A stretch of DNA of 64,000 bases. Origin: Azolla caroliniana (Eukaryota; Plantae; Polypodiophyta). Shown in pieces: positions 48,909 through 60,636 of the stretch (positions are counted from its first letter, which is position 1; the number at the start of each line of letters is the position of its first letter). Location: contig JBHGNT010000021.1 in NCBI GenBank assembly GCA_043228905.1, positions 2,356,001 to 2,420,000 on the forward strand, given 5' to 3'. The notes under the pieces are model-generated. The model was not told the DNA's origin and did not search any database. It worked only from the letters and a program-made list of their open reading frames with translations. The translations under genes and the position numbers were made by a program.

Positions 48909-50605
48909 GGGGGAGATAGTGTCATGAGATGGCAAGACTCGTGGCAAGACTCGAACCCATGACCTTATGGTATATGTGTCGAGCTCTTAACCATCTCACC
49001 ATCTATTGTAATTCATAGAATATTATTTTCATTTATGTTTTATTATAAGAAAGTAATGTATATTCCAGATTTCTCTGGAACATTCTAGAAGCTTCAGGAT
49101 TATTCCTGAGAACACTATAAAAGAAGGCACTAAGCATTATGTTGAACCAAATTGGTTCAACACCAGTCTTAAGCCTCTTAGTCGATTTGTACTTATCTTT
49201 CATATAATATAAGAGCTGCTGTCATCATCCTATTTCTCTCTCTCTCTCTCCTCTTCTCACTTCCTCTCTCTCGGGAATCTTACGCAGTCCCGTCCTCTTA
49301 GTACTAATAGTACTACTCTTCTTAGTACTAATTCCATCTCTGTTTTAGTACTATTCCTGACACTATCAATGCCACCACCGTCTCCTGCACGTCCCCAACC
49401 CGGACAGGGGTCTCCGTAGTGACTCTAGCCCAATGCGGCTTCGCGTAGTAGTTGTCCGCCAACTCATCCTCTAGGGTCGTGTCCTCTAGGTGCGTCGTCC
49501 GCACCTCCACGGGCTTCTCCGACTCCGGCTCCGTCGAGAGTCGCTTTCGCTTCACCAAGTCCACAATGGAGTCATGGAACTCCTTCTTGGCGATTCCGAG
49601 CACCTCCCTCATCGACAACTCCACCTTGTTGTTAAGAATCCGCTCCTCGAGGACCTTCCGTAGGTCGGTCGACCTCTCTATCTCCGTGCTCAGTCGGTAA
49701 CCGGCACGTTTCGTTTTTTCCGGCACCTCGGTGTTGCCGGCATCATTCTGCTTTAGTCTAAACCGGTTCTCATACTGTTGTGAGGGACGGGCCCCTCCAA
49801 CCCTTCCTGCGCGCTTGTCTTCTACTAGAACCTCATAGTTCTGGCATGCGGCTTCCACGAAGCCAGTCTTTTCTTCAATTGGATTGTCCCATCCGGTGAC
49901 CTCCCGGATCCGTTGTTCTACGCGGTCCGCCTCCTCCTTCTTTAGCCGTAACCCGGAGAGGCCTTCTAGCACTAGCGGCAGAATCCAGAGTCCTTCGCCT
50001 TCCGGCCCTTGTCGCCCCCGACCCAGATACCCGCCGACGCGGAGTAGTGGACGGCCTCTACATGTCGCGCCACAGCTTCTTCCATCAAGCGCTTCATCCC
50101 GCCGCACCCGGTGTTCAACTCTAAGGCTTTCTGCGTGTTGCTGGCATGCACCCGCCCATTCCAGAGGTACACCACGTTGGTTCGGAGTGCCTCTGCAAAA
50201 TCCGCGCATTCTTTCCGGATGTGACCGACAACGTCACACCACATGCATCGTTCCCTCGTCAGCGGTCTCCGGTCACGAGGTTGATCGCCGTTGTCCCTTC
50301 GTGCTTGTGCAATCTGGAGGTCGTGCACCATTTGCGTTAGCTCTTCTAGAGCTGCTCCTCCGGAAGAGCCTTTGACCACTCCGCTCGAGGTTGGGCCCGT
50401 CTCAAGCCAATTCTAGTCTCTTCCTTCCCAACCGGCACCGATATCGGCTCCTCGAGCTTCCTTGCCGAGACTGCCGGGACTCGCGCCTCTTGTCAAAGCG
50501 GGTGCAAACCCCTTTGACCACGGCCCAGTCGGCTATGAGGCCTTCATCCGTCTCCAATAGGAGACCAACCTTCTCCCGATCCAGCGCATGCACCGACTTG
50601 ACGAA

Positions 50606-53600
50606 TGTAGAAAGTAGCGTGCGGGAGAGACAGAGAGAGTGAGAGAGAGAGGAAACACAAGAACTATGTTCAACAACAAAAACCTTAATCTCTATTCACC
50701 ACTCTATACATATGTGTGTTCAATGAACACTTTTATACAAGTCCTAGAAGGACTGACAGAAGTACTGACAGTACTTCAATGCTCATTAAGAGCTCCTACA
50801 CTAACTCCCAAATATATTCCTCACGGAATATCTTTCCTAACGGCCTCCCGGTTTACGCACCGATCAAGCCCTGCCTACACACCGGTGTGCGTACCGGTTT
50901 ACGCATTCGGCCTAACCGATCAGTCCCAACCGATCCGGTCCTCGGCTTCTTCAGCCGATCCGGCCGATGTTGAGCTTGTCTCTCAACACTCCCCCTCAAG
51001 CTCAACTTGAGGCTCTTCGGGATCTTCGGGCTCACAACTCCGGTTCCTCTTGGCTTCACGCCTCGCTCGCGCTCCTCGACCTGTTCGACTCCGCGCGCTT
51101 CGACCCTTCCGGTCGGCTTGTTTGCTCATGTGGCCCTTATCAGCTCTTCTGCTGTTGCGGTGTTGGTGCTTCTCCTGCTGCCTTTTCTTCCGCTTGGGCC
51201 TCGGTTGATTTAGCGTATCTGAATCAAACATCCGAACCAACTCGGCTACCTCCGATCGGTTTTCGCTCTCGTCCGAGTTGGTTGTCTCCAACTTGTCTTC
51301 GGTCTTCTCGCCCTCGATGGCGTCATCTTCCCCATGCGTGGTTGGCTTCGGCTCTCTCCTTCGGCTGCTCCCCTTCTGTCCGCTTCCGGACTTTTCCGCG
51401 GGTCCGCTCTCGGCTTCTTCAGCCGATCCGAAGTCGAACTCGACAATCGAGTCAACCGACTCGGTGTCGCGGTCTCCGCTCCTTTCCTGTTGCCTTGCTT
51501 GGTTGTTCGGGACTGTTCTCCCCCTCAAGTTTGGCACGTCGAGGTGACGCAATCCGAGCGCACCTAAGAATTGCCGCAACTTGTCCAAACCAAGAGGCTT
51601 GGTGAAGATGTCGGCAGTCTGCCGATCCGTCGGAACGTACTGAAGTTCGACTTCACCGGAAAGGACACGCTCACAGACGAAATGGTAGTGCACCTCAATG
51701 TGCTTAGTCCGTGTGTCGAAAACGGGGTTTTTCGCGAGCTGGATGTTGCTGAGGTTGTCGCAGTAGATCGTCGTCGGATCTGACACCTCCTCTTGCAGGT
51801 CCTTAAGTAGCCGCTTCAACCATATGGCTTCGCATGTCGCGACAACCGCTCCTCGGTACTCAGCTTTGGTGCTCGACAGTGCAACTGTCGGCTGCTTCTT
51901 ACTGCTCCACGCGATCGGGGCACTCCCGAGGGAGAACGCGTATCCGGACGTGGATCAGCGATCGGCGGTGTTGCCAGCTCAATCAGCATCGGTGTAGCCG
52001 ACTAACTGCACGGCTGCACCGGTCCGGTATAGCAGTCCCCGGTCCTTAGTGACGGGAACTCAAGGCTCCTTATGTCCAACACTCGGCCACAACCGAGCTT
52101 CTTTTCATACGCAGAAAACGGGAAACAAATGCACGACACAGTGGAGAGGAAAAAAATAATAGTACACAGGAGGTTTACGTGGAAAACCCCAAAGTAGGGG
52201 AAAAACCACGGCAGCCCACAGGCTGCAAACTGTCACTATGTGAGAATGTACAACAGTGAGTTCACTGAGGCAATGACCTCGTGCTCACAGATCTTCGCCA
52301 CACGCGGTGGTTACAACAGAGGCAACGACCTCTTTCTCTCTCTCTCTGTACACTATTACGTGCTCTCTCTTCTTCTTGCACCAACAAAGGAAAATGACAA
52401 CAACAACAGTTACTAAAAGTTTGCCCTAAGTCATATTTATACTAATATGACTTTTCGGCTATTTACAAATGTAGCCTCGATGGGCTCTCAGAAACATATT
52501 TACGAATATGTCTCTTCATCCGGTTCTCACCGGGTCTATACCATCCGGCTCTCCGTAGCCGGGTACTCCTCATCCGGTTCATACCGGGCCTGCACCATCC
52601 GGCTCTCCGTAGCCGGGTACTCCTCATCCGGTTCATACCGGGCCTGCACCATCCGGCTCTCCGTAGCCAGGTACTCCTCATCCGGTTCATACCGGGCCTG
52701 CACCATCTGGCTCTCCGTAGCCGGGTACTCCTCATCCGGTTCATACCGGGTCTGTACCATCCGGCTCTCCGTAGCCGGGTCCTCCTCATACGGTTTCGGC
52801 CTCGACCGAGTTTGTTCATCGGCATTGTTCTTCTTCCTTCCCATCCGGAGGGACCTGTTTCCCAACACTTAGTGTCGTTGACATACCGAAGTATGCGTTG
52901 CGCACACTGAAGGTGCTCCTCGGTAGGTCGCACCATGAACTGACTGATCACTCCAACCGGATAACTGAGGTCGGGTCGGGTGATGGTCAAGTATATGAGG
53001 CTTCCGACAATCTGTTGGAACCTCGTCGGGTCGCATACCTTTCCCGTATCGGGACGAAGCTTGACGGTTCTGTCCAGAGGAGTCGAGACGGACTTACAGT
53101 CGGCCATCCCGAATTTGAAGAGCATACTCAGCACGTAATGATGTTGGCTGATCAATATGCCTTCGGGGGTACGGATCACTTCGATCTCGAGGAAGTAATG
53201 AAGGTCCCCCAGATCCTTCATGTCGAACGATGCAGCAAGTTGGAGCTTCACGCGGTCGATTTCACCTAGGTTGGCGCCGGTGATGACCAAGTCATCAACA
53301 TATAGTAAAATACTAACCGGTCCGAGTTGACCTTTCCGGATGAACAGGGAAGAGTCCGATTTTGACGTGACGAAGCCCATCCGACGCAGTTGTTGCGTAA
53401 TCTTCGCGTTCCAGGCACGCGGGGCTTGCTTCAGTCCGTAAAGGGACTTCCTCAGTTGGCATACTGCCGAGGAGTTCGTTCCGGAGTGAAATCCGGGGGG
53501 CTATACCATGTACACCTATTCCTCAAGATCACCTTGCAGGAACGCATTCTTTACATCCATCTGATGTAAGTGCCACCCTTTCACCGCAACTACTGCGAGC

Positions 53601-56600
53601 AAAACATGGACGGTCGTCATTTTCGCGACCGGCGCAAACGTCTCGTCGTAGTCGATGCCGTGTTTCTGCGCGTAGCCCTTTGCCACTAGCCGAGCCTTGT
53701 ACCGGTTGACCGAGCCATCGGTGTTGTACTTGAACTTGTACACCCATCTACACCCGATCGGTTTTACCCCTCTTGGTGCGTCAACCAGGTCCTAGGTCTC
53801 GTTCTCCGCCAATACGTGCATCTCTTCCTCAATCGCGGCACGCCAATTCGCGTCTTTAGCCGCTTCTACGTAGCTCTCTGGCTCACGCACTTCCGCTACA
53901 CGGGTCATGTACGCATAATGATGCGCCATCTACTCGTTGTATCCGAACCGCACAACAGGATTCTTCTGGGGGGTAGATCGGTGTCGAGGTCGAGGTCTTC
54001 TCGGTCGATGCAAACTTCACCTTTAAAGACCCGTCACCGGTTCCCTCGGAGTCGGACTCATGTCGGTCTGACTCGATCCTATCCGTGCTAGAATCCGACA
54101 CCTTCTTCTTCCCTTTCTCTTTGCGCGTAAGCCGTCTCCTCGGCTTCCTGCACGGGGAATGTACGGCTGAGTCTCCACTACTCGCCGGCTCTTTATCGGA
54201 CTGGTCATATCGACTTAGTCGTCCAATCGGTCCACTTAAACGGAGTGAAATCGGACTCTCTTCGTGGGTCTCGATTTCGGGCTCATCCGGAGGCATCTCG
54301 GCCTCGCTGACCTCATCGTCAAAGCTCGGATTGGAGTCGGGTTTCGGAGTTGGGGGTTGGTACCAGGACGCGGACTCGTCAAACACAACGTCGCGGCTAA
54401 CACGCGCTTGTTTGGTGTGAGGGTTATAACACTTATAACCCTTCTGCTCGTCCAAGTAACCGACCAAGATGCATTTCTCGGCCTTTGCGTCTAGCTTCCT
54501 CCTTTTCTCATTTGGTACATTCACATACGCAATGCTACCGAACACCCTCAAGTGTCGCAAGTTCGGCTTCGTTCCGAAATATAGCTCGTGCGCCGACACT
54601 TTTTCTCCGATCCGGTTCTGGATGTATACCGCGGTCCTTACCGCCTCGGCCCAGTAGAACTTGGGCAAGCTTTTCTCCTCCAGCATTGCCCGTGCCGCTT
54701 CCACAACTGACCGATTCTTCCTCTCGGCCACGCTGTTCTGCTCCGGTGTGTATCTACAACTGAATTCGCGCCGAATTCCCATTTGTTGTAGATAACCGTT
54801 AAATTGACCGGAAAAGTACTCTTTTCCGCCATCCGACCGCAGGCACTTGATCTTTCGTCCCGTTTCCGTTTCCACGAACCCTTTGAGGTCCCGGAAACAG
54901 TCGAAGACTTCGATCTTCCTCTCAATGAGGTAGATCCACGTGTGCCGCGTGTGGTCGTCGATGAAGGAGACGAAATATCGGCTCCCGCCAAGACTAACGT
55001 TTTGTGCCGGCCCCCATACATCGGAGTTTATAAGGTCAAGCTTGTTCCGACTCCGGTTTCGCTCGTTGGGGAAAGGAAGTCGGTGTTGCTTCCCGAGCTG
55101 GTAGGCTTCACAAATTTGTGCCTTTCGGCCACTAAATTTGGGCAATCCGAACACTACCTGTTTCGATTGCAGATCTTGAAGCCGCTGGTAGTTGACGCCT
55201 ATCCGCTTGTGCCACAAGTCGATGTCCGACTTGGGTTTTTGTCCCTTCGCGAACATTGCGGTGCCGCCATCAGTGGAGTCGAGGATGAACATCCTCCCGT
55301 CTCTGCGCCCTTGCGCAATCACACGGCCTTCTTCCTCAATGAAGCACCCAAGGTGTGTAAACCGAACCTCCATCCCTTGGTCGACGATCTGTCCGACTGA
55401 GACCAAGTTCTTCGTGATTGTCGGGACGTGCAACACATTCATGAGTTTCCCTTTCTGCCCGACATGGCTAAGGGGAACTTCTCCGACATTCGCGATCGGA
55501 TGCGGAGTGTCGTCTCCAGTTGCGACTACTCCAGGTTGTATCGGTTTTTCACGGTACGAGAAGCGCTCCTTATGGCTCGTCATGTGGTTTGACGCGCCGG
55601 AGTCTACGTACCACACCTCGTCCGATCTCGGGGTTGTCTGTTTCATTGAGTTTGCTTCGTGTCTCGTCACGTAGTCACGAAGCGGACCCTTCTCCGGCTC
55701 TCCCGGAGTCTTTGGCGTAGTGCGATTGCTGCCGATTTCCCTTGTCGGTATGTCCGGAGCCGTTTCCGGAACCGGTTCTCTCCAAATTGGCGCGCTTCTT
55801 CCAGCACTCACTTTCCCTGTGGCCTTTCTTGCCACGGTACCAGCACTCCGCGATGGCCTTCCCTTGCCGGTTCTCATCGCTTCGACTCCCCTTGTTTCCG
55901 GAGGGTCCGGAGTTGCTGTCGGCATCACTTCGGTGCCTTCTTTCTTGATCTCGTCGGCCGCCTCCATTGCGCGCCGACTCGCCTCGTCCTCCACGTCCAT
56001 GGGGCCTATCTCCCTTCGTGTACAACATTCTGCTGTCGGTGTGTGTGCTTGTAGACGCACCCGCGTGGTTCTCCTCTACCAGGAGCATTGACTGTAAGTC
56101 GAAAAAGGACGACGCATTCTCCCGGGTACACACAGTCGTTCGGAACGCTCCAAACTTCGACGCCAAACCTCCGAGATAGATCTAGACCATCTCGCTCTCC
56201 TCGATGTTCACCTCTATGGAGGCAAGGGAGTCACAGATATCCTTGATCTTCGAGGTATAGTCCGCCACCGACAAGTCGCGTTGTCGTAGGTTGCTCAACT
56301 CCTGTCGGAGCTGAAGCTTCCTGGCTGTGGTGCTCGCGGCGAAAATCTTCTTCAGATTTTCCCACGCACCCTTCGACGTCTTTGCCTCCCGAACATAGCT
56401 CAATAGTTGTTCGCCCACACACGACGCGAAGCAGTATAATACCCTGCTCGCCGATTGCTCCCACGACGGGAAGTCTCTGTGTGTCGATTCGGGTGCCGCG
56501 TCATTAGCTCCTTCGACATAACTCTAGTAGTCGTGCCCGAGCAGGTACTAGTGCATCTTGTAGGACCAAGACGCGTAGTTGGTTCTGTCGAGCTTCTCTG

Positions 56601-56813
56601 TTGGAAGCGAGCTGGCCATGCCTCTATCCATCGTTCTTCTTGTTCTTCTTTGTCAAGCTGTGTCGGCTGCAGAGAGGTTCTCAACCCTCGCACTCTGATA
56701 CCATGTAGAAAGTAGCGTGCAGAAGCAAGTATGAAGACCGAACAGAAGGAAGAACGCTCAGGTTTAATGGAGAGCTTGAGCTTACGCAGTATACGCGGGA
56801 GAGACAGAGAGAG

Positions 56814-56863
<50 letters not shown>

Positions 56864-56878
56864 CACAAGAACTATGTT
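50606..56878 (-). mobile_element. Ty1/copia element with stops and frameshifts; 3' LTR 50606-50988; 5' LTR from 56704, interrupted at 56878
   Basis: PBS tggtatcagag at 56693-56703, gag [75 protein letters not shown], and PPT gagggggag. Confidence 0.93.
52050..52867 (-). mobile_element. Solo LTR (818 bp) of the Tork-like family, TSD CTTAG, inserted in the copia RT/RH region
   Basis: tgacgggaac...cccaaca termini as in 33947-34851, cttag at 52045-52049 and 52868-52872, and ~5 units of the 54-bp array. Confidence 0.95.
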
Positions 56879-57871
56879 TGTTGTCTGCCTGGCCGGACTA
56901 GCCTCAACACAGGTGTCTATCCGACACTTCTCCAAAGGGGTGGTAAGGATTGGATGCTAGGTTACACGCGTAAGATGATTACAATTAAGCACAGACGGTA
57001 AAACAATACGAAGATACAGATAAACACGCAATAATTACTTTTGTATTACTTCCATCAAAACCTTTACAAATCATCGGATCCTTTTATAGGCATCCGGCAA
57101 GGTTACAATCGGTGCGCTTAGGCAACCGGCATCCGAATCGGTCCGGATCCGGATCGGTACAACTGTACCGGATCCGTCCCTCTGAATAATAATTATACTA
57201 TTATTTACTTCCTATTATCCGATCCGACTCCGCCTTCCCACTTGTCCTTGCTCTTCTGACCGGTCAACACATGGCACGTCCGTGGGAAAATGCCTTGCAC
57301 TTCGAATCCACTCCCGGCCTCATTCTTCCTCCAAAATATCGAGCACACTCTGCTCGATGGGGTCAAGTGGTGCTTCTGCCTCCAATTCCTGTTCCTTACC
57401 TGCCTGGTCTCCGACCTCCGGTTGGGTTGGCTGTTCCGTAAAAATTTGCTGCTCCGGCTCTGCTTGATTCTGTGGTGCCGGTGCTTCCTCACCGCTCCGT
57501 CCGGGTTCTTCCTGTTCTCCCTCCGTTCCAGGCTCTGTTATGTTACTAGTGTCGCTTTCTCCGGTCTCGACTGGTCGGCTCGGTGCACCTTCTTCCTCTG
57601 CTCTGGTGTCTTCCGGTCTCAGCTCTTCTTCTTCTCCGGCATCGATCTGCTCCTGCTCTTCTTGATTTCCTTCGAACGGAAGTTCTTCTTCGGGTATTCC
57701 TTGTCGGGGTTGTTCGGTGTCGGTTGGTTCAACTTCAGCCGGTCGCTCTCCCTCACTTATAGTGATTGGCGTCGTTCTTCCCTTGGCTTCCTGTCATAAC
57801 CGGTCCTGCTCGTATTTCTCCAACTCCAACTGAGTTGCGAGCTGCCCGTCATCCAACCTCTCTACCAACCC

Positions 57872-60239
57872 TCAGATTTCTTTGAGATGTTCTTCCGCTA
57901 AAGCGTAGAAATCCTCCGACAATTCTTCCCGAATGGCGACGATACTTTCTTCATCCATCTTGTAGAACTTGTCACCGGTCTTCCTCCGCTTCTCGGCATC
58001 AGCTCGAAGTGTCTGCAGCTCGGCTGCCTGTTGTGACCACTCCTTCCATAGCTTTTCCGTACTTTCGTTGATGCTTGCCTGAGCTCGGGTACTCCAACCT
58101 GACATGATGAGCTTGATCCGGTCAACCCCCGCCTTAGCATGCGCATAAGCTTCTTGCTTTTCCTTCCTTGCCCGTTTTATAATGTCGGCCATTATCTGAG
58201 CCTGGGCCTCGTAATCCGCTTTCTGCTTTTCATAGGTACTTTGCAGTTTGTTGATCGTGAAGGTCGATCTTTCCTTTTCTTCATTCCTAATCTTGGTCAG
58301 ATCCAGCTTTTCCCACCTTAGCGCCTCTAATTCCTTCCTTCTCTCCGTCGCTTGGGTTATTTCCGCCGACAATGCTTCCTTTTTGGCACTGACCTCGTCC
58401 ATTGTCTTAGCCAGGTCTAATCGGGTCTCTTTGAGCTATTCTTTCAGCTTCTCTATTTGCCGGTCGTAGTTTGCTGCCCGTTTCTTGTTGTCCGACTCGG
58501 CCTGCTTGTGATCTTGGTAGAGACGGTCGAAGTCCTCCGTCTTCTGCTTCAGGCGTCGGCCTACCTGAGCTCTTAACCGGTCGTCCCGGTCCTTCTGTTG
58601 TCGGAGTTCTTCCTGCGGTCGTTCTATCTCCTGCTCGGCATGTCGACGCAGTCGGTCTTTCTCCTTTTGCAGCTTCTCTTTTTCTTCTTGCAGTCGGTCA
58701 TTAGTGGCTCGGCCTTTCCGGAGTCCTTCTTCCATTTTCCGTCTATCATCCTCCACCGCTTTCCGTTGCTCCCTTTCTTTTTCCCTTAATGCCTCCTGAG
58801 CTTTTAACTCCTCTTGTAAGGTTTCTATTATTTTTTCGGTCTCAGGGCCAGTTTGCAAGGCTACCGGTTCCGGTTCCGGTTTTGGTTGCTTCCTTGTTGT
58901 CCCGATCGGCTCGGTGACAACTTGTGCTTGTTGAATTCCTTCCCTTGCCTGCAACAACTCCCCTTGCAATTCCTCGATCTGTGTTCGGAGCGCGACCAAC
59001 TCCTGAGTTGTTGTATGCGTCAGATGTTGCCTACACGTTTCTTCTTCCTCTAACTGGTCCGCTACTCCTGATAACTGCTTCGAAAGCCATCTCAGCCATT
59101 GTGGCTTTGTGCTTCCTGTGTCGGGGTAGCCTTGCTCACTTCTACTCCTTAACTCAGGCTGTTTTTCCGGCCTTTTCTCTGGCTCCGGCGCTTGTTCATT
59201 CCTCTTCTCTGGGATGACCGGTTCTCTGAAGTCCGGCAAAACCGGTGTCGGTGCTGCTTCCCTCGGTATGGGTTCCGGTACTACTTTCGCCTCGGCTACT
59301 GGAGGTGGTCCTTGCGCCCTCTGCTGAGTTTTGTCAACTGGTGGAGCCGGTCCTTTCGCCCGTCTCTCCCGACCTTGTCTTGCTGGGAGTCTTACCAGTG
59401 GTTCGGATGAGTCTTCTGTTTCAGCTTCCTCCTCCGGTGCGGCTACCAGACGGACCTTTTGTATAAAGACCTTTGGTTCCGGTTTCGGCCGTCGCAACGT
59501 TATATTGATTGGTTTGAGCGCTACCGGTTCCTCCTCGGCCGATTTCCCTTTGCCTTTTCCTGCCGGTTTTGCCTTTGTTGCCGGTTCCTGTTGCTGTCGG
59601 GATGGTCCTTCCCCCCGCTGTTCTGCTTCTTCCTGGGTCCATCCGGGGGTGTGTTTCTCCAGGATATGTGCGCTTTGTGACCTTTTTCGGCGTCGTCTCT
59701 TGCCGACCTCTTTTCTTTTGTTTGATGGGGAGCACCGGTGGGACTAGCACCGTTAGCCATTGTGCTATCCCGGCCCATGGCTTTTTTCCTTCCACAAGGT
59801 TCTTGATGCCCTCCTTCAATCCTTCGGTTATGAAATGGAGCCAGTCCACTTGTAATCCTTTGTACGTTGCAATTAAGAACGCTGCCCGGTACCTGGGTAT
59901 GGCCGGGGGACGAGAATTCACGAATCCGTATTCCATCATGGCGCGGGCCACTTCTCCGAACAACAGGTTCTCTCCGCCCTGTGTACGGTACGCCTTGCTG
60001 CTAATGGAATACTCACCGAAATATTCGAACAGGATTTCACTTGAAGGGTTTTCGATCGTTTGAAGTCCTCCTGCTTTTATCCCCGTGAGCACCTGCACCG
60101 CTCCTTCCGTGATTTCTGATAAATCAATCGATGTTGCCGCCTGCTCTGGTTCTGCGTGTGGTGGAGCGTCGGCGATCCGCAGCAATCCTTCTAACCCGTT
60201 CTCCCTCATCCATTGGCGTGCCTCCTCCGACAGTGCCAT
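57872..60239 (-). pseudogene. Additional sense ORF 3' of integrase (~790 codons when repaired): globular N-terminus, Pro/Glu linker, long coiled coil
   Basis: MALSEEARQWMRENGLEGLL...YKGLQVDWLHFITEGLK, a frameshift near 59670, and one in-frame TAG at 58436 joining ORFs 58436-59497 and 57872-58402. Confidence 0.7.
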
Positions 60240-60636
60240 TGGTTCGAATTCTTCTTCTGTTGTCCGTTGTTCGGGATCGTGATGTGTGTGCGTTGTGCAT
60301 CGGATCGCTCTTCTGTGCTTCTGCGCCTGTGTGTAGGAAAATTCGTAAAAAGTAAGGCCTTCGCAAGCCTGTGTCTTATATAGTGGCTTTTGCCTCGAGC
60401 CGCCCTTTTTCGTTTCTCGCGCATGTCCATCTCCCGCCATAATTAGTATGTCCTTTCTTGCTTGCCGCGTGTGAGTGCCCACGTTCCATGCTTTAAATAG
60501 CAAGTACGCGCACGTCCTTCTTTACTGCATGGCGCCTCTTCGTTGCATGGTGGCGCTCCCACCTCTTGTGATCTCCCCATCACTACTATGATTTTTTTTT
60601 TAATTTTTTTTAATTTTTCTGTTTGTTTGGACCACG

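Larger units (their letters stand above)
43693..49362 (+). mobile_element. Young full-length Ty3/gypsy chromovirus (Tcn1/Tf1-Sushi-like); LTRs 43693-44137 and 48920-49362; TSD CTATC
   Basis: TGTCA...TGACA LTRs identical by eye except for one TC repeat unit. The 5-bp TSD is at 43688-43692 and 49363-49367, and PPT aagggggagatag is at 48907-48919. Confidence 0.97.
40621..50605 (-). mobile_element. Degenerate non-chromovirus Ty3/gypsy (Phygy-like or fungal-like), split by nested insertions (segments 49368-50605, 42319-43692, 40621-42060)
   Basis: gag knuckle CMWCDVVGHIRKEC, protease LIDHGSEINLM across the 43693 insertion, RT VPHVPWN..YSNRWFTVPKKNGTLRFIQDLQ..DLYSGYDQF..FLDDI, RH, and the IN zinc finger FVTTCENCQ. 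The lineage label is tentative. Confidence 0.85.

Noticed and set aside
57290-57799. Hydrophobic 169-aa ORF as an envelope protein
   Set aside because: Antisense to the element and derived from pyrimidine-rich low-complexity sequence in the probable LTR.
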